From the NCBI GenBank assembly GCA_028534125.1, contig CM052816.1:1488001-1552000 (forward strand): DNA of 64,000 nucleotides, written 5' to 3'. The DNA is from Lama glama. Its lineage: Eukaryota. Each line of letters opens with the position of its first letter. The first letter of the stretch is position 1. Positions 38,035 to 51,260 of the stretch are shown here, one piece after another. Both the position numbers and the translations under genes were made by a program. The notes beneath the pieces are model-generated. The model saw only the letters and a program-made list of their open reading frames with translations, ran no database searches and had not been told where the DNA came from.

Positions 38035-39238
38035 CTACTTAAGGCAACCTACAGATTCAATGCAATCCCTATCAAAATACCAAAGGCATTTTTCACAGAA
38101 CTAGAACAAATAATTTTAAAATTTGTATGGAAACACAAAAGACCCCGAGTAGCCAAAACAATCTGGAGAAAGAACAGAGCTGGAGGAATCACACCCCTGG
38201 ACTTCAGACTATACTACAAAGCTACAGTAACTGAAACAGCATGGTACTGGCACAAAAACAGACACATAAACCAATGGAACAAAACAGAGAGCCCAGAAAT
38301 AAACCTATGCATCTACAGTTAATTAATCTATGACAAAGGAGGAAAGAATATACAATGGAGGAAAGACAGTCTCTTCAATAAATGTTGCTGGAAAATTGGG
38401 CGGCTCCATGTAAAAGAATGAAATGAGAACATTCTCTAACATCATATACAAAAATAAACTCAAAATGGATGAAAGATCTAAATGTAAGACTGGAAATCAC
38501 AAAACTCCTAGAAGAAAACATAGATGGAACTCTCCTTGACATGAATTGTAAGAATTTTTTTTTGGATCTGTCTCCTAAAGCAAAGGAAATAAAAGCAAAA
38601 ATAAACAAACAGGATCTAATTAAATTTAAAAGCTTATGCACAGCAAAGGAAACCAATGATAAAACAAAAAGATAACCTACTGAATGGAAGAAAATATTTG
38701 CATATGATATAATTGATAAGGGGTTAATCTGCAAAATATATAAACAGCTCATTCAACTTAATATAAAAAAATCTGATTAAAAAATGAGCAAAAGACCTGA
38801 ATAGACATTTACCAAAGAAGACGTGCAGATGGCCAATAGGCACCTGGAAAAATGCTCAACACTTTAATCATCAGAGAAATGCAAATTAAAACCACAATGA
38901 GATAGCACCTCACACCTGTCAGAATGGGTATCATCAAAAAGAACACAAATCACAAATGTTGGCGAGGATGTGGAGTAAAGGGAACCCTCATACACTGTTG
39001 GTGGGAATATAATTTGGTGCAGCCACTGTGGAAAACAGTATGGGGGTTTCTCAAAAAACTAAAAATAGAACTACCATATGATCCACTAATTCCACTCCTG
39101 GGATATCTGAAAAAATAAAAACACTAATTTGAACAATCTACACGCACCCCAAGGTTCATAGCAGCATTACTTACAAATGCCAAGACACTGAGGCAACCTA
39201 AGCGCCCATCAACAGATGAACGGATCAAGAAGATGTGG

Positions 39239-39290
<52 letters not shown>

Positions 39291-39744
39291 TATATACTAC
39301 TCAGCCATTAAAAAGAATGAAATTTTGTGCATCAACATGGATGAATCTGGAGGGTATTATGCTAAGTGAAATAAGTCAGACAAAGACAAACACTGTATGA
39401 TATCACTTATATGTGGAGTCTGAAAAATAAAAGCAAACTAGTAAACATATCATAAAACACAGACTCACAGATATAGAGAACTAGTGGTTACCAGTGGGGA
39501 GATGGAAAGGGGAGGGGCAAGACAGGGATAGGGGACTGAGAATTACAAACTACTATGTATAAAATAAATAAGTTACGGGGATATATTGTACAACACAAGG
39601 AATACAGCCAATATTTTATATTAGCTATAAATGGAGTATAACTTTTAAACGTTGTGAGTCACTATAATGTATACTTGAAATGTATATACATTGTACATCA
39701 ACTATACCTCAATAAAAAACAAACATACGAAACAAAACAAATGC
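38035..39744 (+). mobile_element. 5'-truncated LINE-1 (about 1.7 kb, ORF2 3' part plus 3' UTR)
   Basis: ORF fragments KDLNVRLEITKLLEEN...LIKFKSLCTAKET and [17 protein letters not shown] are L1 ORF2. TSD acattagtt at 38026-38034 and 39745-39753. Confidence 0.97.
39242..39286. repeat. (AC)~22 microsatellite inside the L1
   Basis: Directly visible perfect AC run. Confidence 0.97.
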
Positions 39745-39879
39745 ACATTAGTTGACCAAATGAAGCGTGAATGAGTACTTCCGGAGGGAATCAGTTCCTC
39801 ACCACTGGAAGGATTTAGGCAGAGGTTGAATAGCCAGTAGTCAAAGATGCTAGGAAGCTCTCCTTTCTGGTCCTTCCTG

Positions 39880-41040
39880 CATTGGTTAGTTATGCTAGCT
39901 GCTGGGACAAACAGACCCAAACTATGTAATGGTTCAACCATCAGAATGAGTTCTTTTTGATTATGTCAAGTCTCAGCTGGGTGGCTTTTGTGGGGTAGGC
40001 AGCACTTCTCCAGGGGGTGGTTCAGGGACTCAGGGCTTTTCCATCTTGTGGTTTCAGTCATCTTCAATACAGTAGTTCTCCCCTGATACACGGTTTTACT
40101 TTCTGTGGTTTCAGATACCCATGGTCAACTGTGGCCTGAAAATATTACATGGAAAATTCCAGAAATAAACATTTGTAAGTTTTAACTTGCACGTTGCTCT
40201 GAGTAGTGTGATGAAATCTCATGCTATTTGGCTTCATCTCATGTGGGATGTGTTTCATCCCTTTGTCCAGCGTATCCTGCCTGTTAGTCACTTAGTAGCC
40301 AACTCAGCTATAAGACTGACTGTGTCAAGTAACCATTATTTTACTTAATAATGGCCTCAAAGCACAAGAGTAGTGATGTTGGCCATTTGGATCTGCTGAA
40401 GAGAAGCTATAAAGTGCTTCCTTTAAGTGAAAAAGTGAAAGTTCTCTATTTAATAAGGAAAGAAAAAAAATCATAGGTTCCTAACATTCATGCTAAGAAT
40501 AAATTTTCTATCTGTGAAACTGTGAAGAAGGAAAAAGAAATTCATGCTAGTTTGCTGTTGCATTTCAAATTGCAAATTGTTATGGCCGTGGTGCTTAGTT
40601 AAGCTGGAAAACATTAAATTTTTACGATAAGATATTTAGAGGGAGAAATGGAGAGACTATATTCACATAATCTTATTACAGTGTATGTTATAATTGTTCT
40701 ATTATTAGTCATTGTCATTAATTTCTTACTGTGTCTAATTCATAAATTAAACTTTATCATTGGTGTGTGTATATATATATGAAAAACAGTATATGTAGGG
40801 TTGCTATCTATGTTTCAGACATCCACTGTGGGTCTTGAAAGTATAAGGGGGGAATACTGTATATGGCTTTTTAGGTCATCATACCTAATGGCATGGAGCA
40901 GTCAGTAGGGGAAGAGGTGATCACACGCCAAGCCTGAGGGGGAGACAGAGCCCTTCTGCTCACTCCCCATTGGCTGGAACGCCATCCTATCTAATTGCAA
41001 AGTTTGCGTCATGGCCCAGGGGAGGGAGGGGATGACCTTG
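39880..41040 (-). mobile_element. Old MLT1J-like LTR relic hosting the Tigger element
   Basis: cattggttagttatgctagctgctgggacaaacagaccc...ttccatcttgtgg upstream of the Tigger and cttctgctcactccccattggctggaac downstream. Confidence 0.55.
40070..40859. mobile_element. Tigger7/MER44-type Tc1-mariner MITE with both TIRs
   Basis: TA|cagtagttctcccctgata ... tataaggggggaatactg|TA gives inverted termini with TA target duplications; the interior matches the recalled MER44 sequence. Confidence 0.88.
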
Positions 41041-41309
41041 GTTCATGATCCGTCAGGCTGGGCCATGCCTACATGGGCAGGAGGTAGGAGAGATCCTTTC
41101 TGGGAGCCTCTCCAGCCACCAGCATTTGTGTTTCAAGGTTTGTGTTTCCTTTTTGTGACAAGTTAGCATGCAAAGAAAAGTCAGGTCCTTGTCATCTGTC
41201 TTTCCTTTTAAATTTTCTAATTCTTTTTTCTTTTGCTCAAGAATTCCCTTAAGTGTTCTGGCGTGTCATCCTGGACAGTGAGAACATTTTCTTAGGTAAC
41301 CGCAGAAAT

Positions 41310-41715
41310 GCCCAGATCAGACAGACCTGCCTAGGAACCCCTGGATTCATCACTCCCTAGGTATGTGGCGCTGGGCAAGTGATCCAACCTCGCTGTCCCT
41401 CCACTTTCTCCTCTGGAAAATAAGGACAAGAACACCAGTAATACCTTCTTTGCACTGTTGTGACTAGTAACGTAGCAGCGGTATATGCCATTTACGGGGC
41501 ATTTACTCCAGGTGGTTGTCCTGGGTGCCTTTTATTTTTTTTTTATCATCTTTTTTAAAGTTTTCACAGCAACACTATGAAGTACAGACTACTGTTAGCT
41601 CTTGTTTTATAGAGGAGGACACAGAATCACTGAGAGATAAAGCAGCTTGCCTAAAGTCACACAGCTAGCAGACTGGGGACTTTGCGAACAAAGTCATCCA
41701 ATTCCAGAGTCCATA
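41310..41715. mobile_element. Two adjacent MIRs in opposite orientation (+ at about 41310-41470, - at about 41490-41715)
   Basis: ctgggcaagtgatccaacctcgctgtccctccactttctcctctggaaaataagg, then agagataaagcagcttgcctaaagtcacacagctag. Confidence 0.7.
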
Positions 41716-43136
41716 AGGTACATAAAGGATGATAACAATCATAATTATCATGAGGATGATTTTTTTTTGGCTGTTATTAGTCGCTCTTGAGCCAGTCCTA
41801 GGCCTACTTATAATATTAGTTATGATTTGCAAAACATTTCATGGTTTATAAAGTGCCTTTATGGCTCTTAGCTAGAGAGTTCTTTGCAATGACTCTGAGG
41901 GTCAATCACTGGGTACCCCTTTTACAGAGGGTAAAAATGAGCCTCAGAGAGCACGGCTCACCGGCTCAAGTTCACACTGCCAGAAATGGGTGGAGTTGGC
42001 TCTCGGACTCCGGCTTTTGATAAGGCCATTGTGCTGGTTAAATTCAGTATTTGTTAAGCACTTAGAATGGTGCCTGGCACATAGGAAGCATGATACAAAC
42101 ATTTGTTAAATAAATTAATTAAATAAAACATCGCACACCACTGATCTCTTTAACAAATATTTCTCTAGCTCCTCTACCATCTGGGAAGTGAGGGGGGTTG
42201 TAGCTGTGAGCCTGGGTCTCTTGTCTCCATCCTCCATCCCCACCCTCCTTGTGCCCACTGTCCTTAGGCTGCCTCTTGGCTGGGCTGGGCTGGGCTGTTT
42301 CTGTTCACCTTCTCCCCGTGCTCTGGCCTGCCCTATTCGGCAGCTCCCTACGGTATGGTCTCCTCTCGGCAATTAAAATAGAAACTGGCCTCTCATTGTT
42401 CCTGTGTTTTGGGCCTCTGCTTGCTACAGTCTGATGGAATCGTCTTCTAGAAGGTGTTGTTAACCAACAGTGATGTGATGGGTCACAGTGCCCTCCCACG
42501 TAACGGATGCACAGGGGGGCTTCAGTTAACCCCAAGGAATGATTAGTGGTGGAATTTCAGGCCTCCGCATAGGCCGATGGGGGAGACATTCTTGGAGGAG
42601 AGGTCTTGAAGTCACAGCACAGAGACTTGTGCAGCAGGAGGGCCAAGCGTGCTCAGGGTTTTACATGAAGTCCATTCTGACTAGAAGATTAACGATGCTT
42701 CCTTGTCACTCTGCCCCTTTTCATAAAAGCTCTTCCTAAAATTGCTTCGGAAGATTCCTAACATTCCTTGTCAAATGGGGCCCCAAATGATTTCTAACTC
42801 ATGTTTTTAATGGAACAGATCCAGAAATTCCCAAACAGTGAGGAAATAGAATTGTGAAACATGTGTACACTTACTCAAAAAATTTTATTGAGTCTCTATT
42901 ATATGTCAGGTACCGTTTTAGATGCCGAGGAGGTGAGACTAAGCAAGCAAACCACGAGCTCCCAAGGGCTTTGAGATGGCCTGTAGAATGCAGGTCTGCC
43001 TTTCGAACCTTGGGTGCGAGGTGCACCAGGTGATCCCCTAAAGTATCTTGGGCTTTAAGCCTTATGAACATGTGACAAGACAACTTATTGTTTTGCTAGT
43101 TTAAAGAACTCCTTCCTTCTACAAGTAAAGACATCA

Positions 43137-43437
43137 CGTGTCCAAGGAATACTGTGGGGATTTGACCTCTTTAGGAATCTTGTGATAGATGAATGTGGGG
43201 AGATGGCAATTAGAGGGCAACAGAACAACATTGGAATGGTGGTAATACGAGGAAACAGTCTCATCGTGTTAGAAGCCTTGGACTAGTATGCACAATGACT
43301 GTGTTCACACGAGAATCAACTGCTTCCATATGTCCCCCTCCACATTTTACTACGATGAAAATTGGGTCGTGTACATTTTCTTACTGAACTCTTTTTGTTA
43401 AATAAACTTTTGTAATAGTCAAAAAAAAAAAAAAAAA
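43137..43437 (+). pseudogene. SNRPG: 5'-truncated processed pseudogene of SNRPG (snRNP Sm-G protein)
   Basis: Translates as [49 protein letters not shown], against Sm[52 protein letters not shown]. It is contiguous, carries the 3' UTR, AATAAA at 43401 and A17 at 43421-43437, and has TSD gacatca (43130-43136 / 43439-43445). Confidence 0.95.
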
Positions 43438-43454
43438 GGACATCATGAGAACGG

Positions 43455-43865
43455 GGTGTGTTTGAGCCTTCCAGTCATAGACTGATATTCCTTCTCTCCT
43501 CATCTGGAGCAACAGAACTTCTGATTTATAGCTTGGGTGTTTGGCTACAGGGGATTAAGACTTTATTTTCCATCTTTTGCAGCTGGAGGTGGCCACGTGA
43601 CTAAATTCTGACCAATGAGATGTGAACAGAGACATGGGTGCAACTTCTTACAGACATGCTCTTAAAGAGAAAATACACGCTCCCTCCCACTTCCTCTTCC
43701 GACTCTGAGAGAGTGAGGATGTGCGGTGAGCCCACATGGGCCATGGGGGTAAAGGTGTCTCCTGGGGATAAGGGAGCAACAAGACAGGAGAAGAAATGTA
43801 AGTAGATTTTTTTGTTGTTTAAGCTACTGGTACTTGGGTGCCTCCATCAAAGCACCCAATTAGTT
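43455..43865 (+). mobile_element. Old MaLR/ERVL-type LTR relic
   Basis: ttgcagctggaggtggccacgtgactaaattctgaccaatgagatgtgaacaga...ttgtttaagctactg. Confidence 0.6.
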
Positions 43866-43879
43866 CTATCAATTAGTGA

Positions 43880-46390
43880 AAGAATGGAGATAAAATTTTC
43901 TATCATGATTACTGATTTGTCTATGTATTCTTTTGATTCTGTTAATTTTCATGTCTTTTGAAGTTTTTCTATTAGGCATTTACCTATTTATGATTACATG
44001 CATTTCTGATGAATTGACCCTTTGTTATTTTGAGATGCCCCTATTTGTCTCTGGCATCACTTTTTTTGGTCTCAAGATATGTTTAATCTTAATGTAACAT
44101 AGCCACCTCAGCCTTCTTATGCTCACATGCACAGTATGGGGATTCACTCCATGGATGTGCATTTTAAAGTGTGAGTTGCAGATAACATATAGTCTAGTCT
44201 TGCTTTTATATCCATTTGGATAATTTAGTTGGAGTGTTTAGTTCAGCACATTTTAAAACATAAAATTTATATTTTATTTTTTGGAATTACAGAAGAACTG
44301 CGAAGATAACCCAGAGTTCCCATAAACTGAATACCTAGTTTTCCCTATTAGTAACATCTTACATCAGTAGCCTATTAGCTCTAACATAATTACTGACACA
44401 GTTGGATTCAAATCTATCATTTCAATATTTGATTTCTGTTTTCCCTTCTGTTTTTTTATTTTTCTTTTCTTCTTTTGGATTAATTTTAGAATTATCTCTT
44501 CTCTATAGGCTTTTTAGCTACACCTCTTTGCATTATATTTTTAGTGGCTATTCTGAGGGACCACAATATGAAAATTTCAGCTTTCAGAGTTTGATTAGAG
44601 TCAATACTCTACTTAAGCACATAAGATGTAGAATACTTGGGATTCCATTTACTTCCCCACAACCTGCCATCTTTTATACTGTAGTTGTCACATGTAGTGT
44701 GTTTATGTTATAAACCCTGCAAGACAATGTTATAATTTTCATTAAACTGTCTTACGTATTAAAGAAATGAAGTGCAAAAATAGCTTTGACATTTATCCAT
44801 ATATTTACCATTTCTGATATTGTTGATTCCTCCCTGAAGTTTTGAATTTTCCTCTGGTATCATCTGCTTTAAGCTTGATGAAACTTCTTTGCCATTTCTT
44901 GTAATACAAGTGCTCTGGCAATACACTGTCTTAGTTTCCTTTTAACTGAAAATTTCACTTTAGCCTCGTTTTTGAAGAGGTTGGATGTGGAATCATGTTC
45001 CTGGATATAACAATATGGATTGACCTTTTTCCCTGCAGCATTTTAAAGCTGCTGCTCCCCTCTCTTCTGACCACCATGATTTCTGATAAGAAGTTCATGG
45101 TCATTTGAGTCATTGGTCCCTTGCATGTAATGTGCTGTTTTTCTCTGGCTTCCTTAAAGATTTTCTCTTTATATTTATTTTCCAGCAACTTAACTATATT
45201 TTTTAAAGCATTTTCCCCCTTCTGTTTGAGTTTTGCTGGGTATTTGGAATCTATAAATTTATGTCTTTCAACATAATTTAGAAAGTTTTCAGTTAATATT
45301 TTTTCACATATTTTGTTGCTATTCCATTTTCCCACCATTTCCTCTTGGGAATCGAATTGCACATATGTTAGATCTTTTGATCTTATCCCATAGTTTTCCG
45401 AGGCCTTGGTCATTTTTTTTAAATCTTCTTTTTGTCTTTTCTTAGATTACATAATTTCTTTTCCCCTGTTTTAAGTTTATCAGTGCTTTTCTGTCGACTT
45501 CATTCTGCTATTAAACCCATCCAATGGCTTTAAAAAAATTCAGATATTACATTTTTTCAATTCTAGATTTTCATTTAGGTTTAAAAATATTTTCCTTTTA
45601 TCTGCTTAGACTTCCTATTTTTTATTCATTATTCGTATTTTCTGTTTTCTCATTGAGCATGGTTGTAACAGCTGCTTTATGGCCCATGTATAATTCCAAC
45701 ACCTGGGTTATCTTGGAGTCTGATCATCCTTAGAGAATGATTCACGTTTTCTTCATTCATTTGCTGAGGAATTTTGAATTATATCCTGGGTGTTACAAAT
45801 GCTACATTGTGATGACTCTATATTCTGTTACATTCCCTAAAAGAGTACAGATGTCTTTGTTTCAGCAGGAAATTAACTTGGTCAGACTGAAACTGCATAT
45901 CTTTGTCTGTGATGAGTGACAACTCAGATCTTGGCTCAGTGTTAGCTGCAAGATGATGTGTGTCTGCTTTGCTCATGCATGATGTCTGAGTTAGCCAGAC
46001 AGTAGGGGAGAGTTTTTATGTAGAATCTGGGGCACTCCTTCTCTGGTCCTCTCTTCTCTGAGTTTTTGTCTCTTTACTGCTGTCCAGTAACTGTTTTTAC
46101 CTAATCTCTGTCCTCTAGTTCTTCAGGTTAGAAAGATGGTGAGTTTTCTTTGGAGTTTTAGCTGCTTCATGCTGTCCTGCTACTTGGGTCTCACCTGAGG
46201 CTAAAACTATAAAAACTGGAATCTCTCTCTCTCCCTTCTTCCAAGATTTGATTTTCCTTCAAATATGCCTGCTTTTGTTCACCTTCAGGAAGCTTCTGAT
46301 AGTTGTTTTTAAACATGTTCTCCAGAGTTTATACTTGTTATTTGCAGGATGGTCAGTCTGTTAGGAGTTTAATCTGCCACAGTGAAATGG
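43880..46390 (-). mobile_element. Ancient LINE-1 (L1ME/L1M-like) relic covering the 5' region and ORF1
   Basis: T-rich + strand. Minus ORF 44955-45413 (EKILTENF...KEKIFKEAREKQHITCKG...NFLSEIMVVRR...FKMLQGK) resembles the L1 ORF1p RRM/CTD region. Confidence 0.8.
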
Positions 46391-49300
46391 AAGTCTGAAT
46401 GTATTAACATTTTATGCATGTTTCAAACTATTTGAAAGAATCTAAAAATTCTGAATTTGTATCATGGAGCATCAACTTAATGGAATATTGTGCAGACATT
46501 AAAAATAGAGTTAAGGTTAAGTAACAAGTAAGAAACATAATTAAGTGAAATTTTCACGATATAAAAATCACATCTCTACTTTGATTAGAGCTTTGTAAGA
46601 ATTTGTGAATACATGTGAAAAAGAAGTGGAAGGAAACTTGGGGAAAAAAACTTAAAAATCAGTGTGTGTTTTATCTTTAAAAAAGCATTTCTATTGTCCT
46701 TGCAATAAATTTCAATGCACTTAAAAATAACTCAGGGAGAAAAATATTAGATTCCAACACTATACTGAATTTTGAACAGAGTACTGGAGGAAAAGGGAGA
46801 TGAAAAAGATTCTGATCCTTGGCAGTGAGTGAAGTGTTACTGGACTGTGGCTTCCAGGAGAGGGGTGAAGAAGCAGACTGAAGCCAGGCTTGGAAACCTC
46901 ATGCACCTTGGAGCTTGGAGTGCATGCTTTTCCCTCTGCGGGCCAAGTCTGATGCCCTCATGGGAAATGTAATTTCCTGCTTTAAAGAGAAGTAGTTCAG
47001 AGCAAGTCCAAAAATCGTAGACTTTAAATGGGCCTTATGAAACATGGTGGTAAGTTTGGGGAAGTGAATCGGAAACATATGGACTAAACACAGCCTGATG
47101 TTACACACAGATACACAGGGAAGGACATTCTCAGGGAACAAGCATGGCTTAGCCTTCCTTAGCCACATCCCAAACATGTGAGAGACACTTTTGAATAATT
47201 CCTTAAAAACAAAAACAAACACAAACCCCAAACCCTCCGGAGCCTCAGAAATTGAAAAGAAAGCTGAATTATTTTGTCTTTTCCTTAGCTTGTCCCCAGT
47301 TATTTTTCTATGTATCAAAGGACTTTCCTGGTATAATACTGCCTCAAGAAGGTTAAGAGGGAAAAGACCTGCCATTTACCACCTCAGGGAACTGGGGGAG
47401 TTTATTTTAGTGACGTGAGCTTTAGTTTCCTCATCTATAAAACATCTATATTACATCTTTGCAGAGTTATGGATGAGAGATAATAACTACAATGTCTCAG
47501 TATAAAGTGGCCCAGAGTTAGCTTGTGGTAAGTGCCTGGCAATTGTTACTATTACATTGCTAAATAAATCTCTCCATTCAACATGGTTTCTCTTATTCCC
47601 TAAACATATAGTAGTAATTTGTTTTCAAGTTAAATTGCTATTTGATTTATTGTTTGCATTAGAAGAAGGGAGAAGTTAATGGCTGAGCTAGAAAACTGGT
47701 TTAATATACTGGTTTTAAGTCATTACAATTGGGTTAAAAATTTGCCTCCACTGGATATGGGCCATATGACTATGTTGTGGAATTCACTTCTTCTTTTATC
47801 TGTAAAATAGGGACAATAGCACTTACCTCTTAGTGTTGTGAAGATGAACTAAATCAGTGTATGTAAAGTGTTTGGTATAGTACCTGAGTGCAGTCATTGC
47901 TCTAACAGCAGTGACTGTCATCACCATCACCAGCGTCATCAATGTTCTGTTAGCTGGCAAGTATTCTTTCCTTTCCTTATTGTTCCCTATCTTAAATGTC
48001 CCAGTCCAGTTAGATACCAAAACCCACCGTCTACAATAAAACGCTGCACACCAATATACTAGACTTTTGGGTTCTTCCATCCTTCTCTTCTTGGGTCAAC
48101 TTCACATAGTATTATTATTCAAAGTTACCTCTAGGAAGCATTTGCAGCTATAGCTTGCTGGAAAGAGGGTATTCATTACAGCTAAATTCATTACTTCAGT
48201 GGAATTGAGAAGTTCTGATGTCACAGTGATTGATCATCAAATGAGCCAATTTCATGTTTCTTAACTTGACCGCTGAGATTCTGAGGCCCTGATTGTACAA
48301 ACAGGAGCAGGCAACCCCAGGTATAAATTCACCCTCTGTGTGGCCTGGAGAAGTCTGTTGGAAGTAGTTATAGCACGTACGTGCTGAAAGGCACTTTGCA
48401 GGCAGTCTTTTGACAGACATTTATTGGTCACCTGCTTTGTGTTTAATCCTGTGCTAAATGCAAGGAGTGAAAAAGAAAATCTGTAAGGTATAGTCCCTGA
48501 CCTCAGGGAGCTCGCAACCCAACTAGGATATTAAAGGCTAACAAAATGCAACATTTTCCCAAGGAGTAATTTCCTTCGGCAAGGGACATTAATTGATTTG
48601 GCCTAAATAAAGGAGGGGAAGACCCAGTGGTGCTTTATGTGAATTATCCCATTTAATTCTTGTAACATCCTATGACACATGCACTTTATCATCTCCATTT
48701 AACAGATGAAGAAGCCAAGACCCAGAGAGGTTATATAATCTCTTCTACTGAAAAAACAAAAACGAAACAGAACAATGAACTGATTAGATGATTGTACTAA
48801 AAGTCAAACAGAAATGATCCTTCTAGTTTAGAGGAAAAAAAGAAGGGCAAACTTTTCACTTTGCCCATCTGTAAAATGGGTTAATAGCTACTAACAAGCA
48901 AGGAAAAAGGAGACAGAGTGGGATTTTTTTTTTATGGTTAGAATACTATAAAAATAGTACAGTTCATATTCAGTTCAGATCACCTAAGCTCCTTCCTCTT
49001 TCTATGACAACTTTCCTAAATCAAGCTGACTTCTATCAGAGTGCTCTAAATGTATTAAAACATCACCTCACTTCACATAATAAAACTCCATCCAGTCTGC
49101 ATGCAGATCATTTTTACAATAATGTTATAGTGACAAAAATCAACAAGTTTCTTGTCGGAACATCTTAGTCATTAAAAATACATTAATAGCTCATTACTCA
49201 AGATATTGTACTAATTCTGCTCATTTCCTATTGAAACTTATTAAATACTAAGAGCCTAATCAACCAGTAGTGTTCAGTGGCTACAAAGAGTATGCTCCAT

Positions 49301-50779
49301 TAAAGAAAAAAAGAATTATGACCAAAAAGGTAATTATAGTACATTATGTTTATCTGGCCCTGAGCTCCTCTAATCGTTGAATGGCTTTGTAATTCATGTA
49401 GAAGAGGGTTGAGGATACAATGTGTTCAAAAGTAAAATTAAAGACGGCGGCAGGCACTAAGGTCTGAAGGGCTTTTTAGAATTCTTCAGAAAAGAGGGTC
49501 TGCTAAGAGTGCTTCTGCAATGGGTGTTCCTTTTCCTATTCCTCACCCCCCACTATTTTAATATCTACATGTATAAATGATCAGAACCAACTCTGAGCTG
49601 CCTCACACCTAGAATTCTCCACTCTACTACATATTTTCAGTGTGACTTTTGGGCATTCTAATGCTTTATTTGACCTCCAAACTTGACTGTCTGATTTTAG
49701 ATGGCGTTCTCTCAGTCTCAGTAAAATCATACTGAAATAATATGTCATACCGTGCAAGGCTGTGCTAAGACTTAAGATGAATGTATGTGGGATGTAGGCA
49801 CATTGTAGACACTCAGTAAGTGGTGGTATTACTGCTCTTACTCCCACTAGATGAGCCTTTTTAAGGGGATTATATGTTATTCAACTTTGTATCCACAGCA
49901 TTAGTAAGTATTATGCTTGGCATATGGTAGATATTTACAGTATGTTTGTTGCAAGAAACTGGAGTCCCAACTATGAAGCAATATCTGATTTTAAACATCC
50001 CTCTGAGCATCATAGCATCTTGTTCTTTGTGGGTGCCCAATAAATGTTTGCTTTTGACAACCCAATAACAATGTAATGATTATTGATTAAATACTGATTT
50101 CTGTTTTTACTTACAAGGAGCTTAAAACTGATTTGGAAAAGCAAGGTTTCTGCACATGAAACAAGAGGAGAACACTGCTGTGATGGATCTCCATTTCTCT
50201 TCTCTGCCCAACATCCATCTCCTCTTCTGACAACACATTCTGTTTTTCCTTTCCTGGAATTGCCACTCCACACTGAACGCTATTAGGAGCTTTTCGGCAC
50301 TTTTCAGGAAATATATGCTATTAAAGAATCCAATAGTCATTTTTACCATGTGGCCACGTAGAGCTACACAGGTAGCCATGTGACTCAGGCCAGACCAACT
50401 GGAGCATCACGTTCAGGTAGCTGCAGCAGTTGATCCAGAGATGGGCAGAATGTCATCAGAAGCTTGGCAAAAATGTACCTTCTGAACTGACTCTTGTAGA
50501 AGTTACACATCACTCCTATAAGCTCAAAGGATATATTCTCAGCTGATGTACCAGTAGATACTAGGCTGTAGGATGTTCAGAGACTTCAGCTTCTTGAGAT
50601 GCCCCAACTCCCCACGGAAGATGCTCTTAGGTTGGTGGTGATGAAAAGTCTCAGAAGTTCCCAGTGAGGCATCATACTGTAAAACTGTAGCATCAGGGTT
50701 GCAAAAGCTGACTTTAGCAAGTCTTGTCAATTTCTTAGTTCGCCATTAACACCAGCATGTTGCCCTGGGCACAAGTCAC

Positions 50780-51260
50780 GTGATAACCACCAAGGGTCCC
50801 TATGCTGGTGCCACAGTCATCTCATGATTGACAGTTATCTCCCGGCTTTAGGGGGAGGTGAGCACAGCAGGCCGAAAACAAGCATGTGCCCAAATCAGAC
50901 CCAGTGAGACTTCGACATGGGAATTCTTCAGAACTGCTGGGAAAGATGGAAATCTGCTCCCTGCTGGTGCTGTTAAGAGGACAAGACTCAAGGTGAAGCT
51001 GCTGGTAGCCATCTTGCCATTGCAAGGTGGAAATCTTGAGACGGGAGCTCACCCAGAGGAAGAGAGAGATGGAGAAAACCATGTTGAGTCTTGACACTAT
51101 CACTGGAGCCTTGGAATCTAGCCACGCCTAACGTAAGCTTTACTCCTGGACTTTTCAGTTTTGCAGCTAACAAACTGTCCCTTTTTAGTTTTGCTTGAGA
51201 CAGTTTAAATTGTAAACCTTTACTTGTGAGCTACAACACAAACAAATATGTGACTCAGAT
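50780..51260 (+). mobile_element. Old MLT1K-like LTR relic
   Basis: catgtgcccaaatcagacccagtgagact...gctgctggtagccatcttgcca...ctcctggacttttcagtt. Confidence 0.6.
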
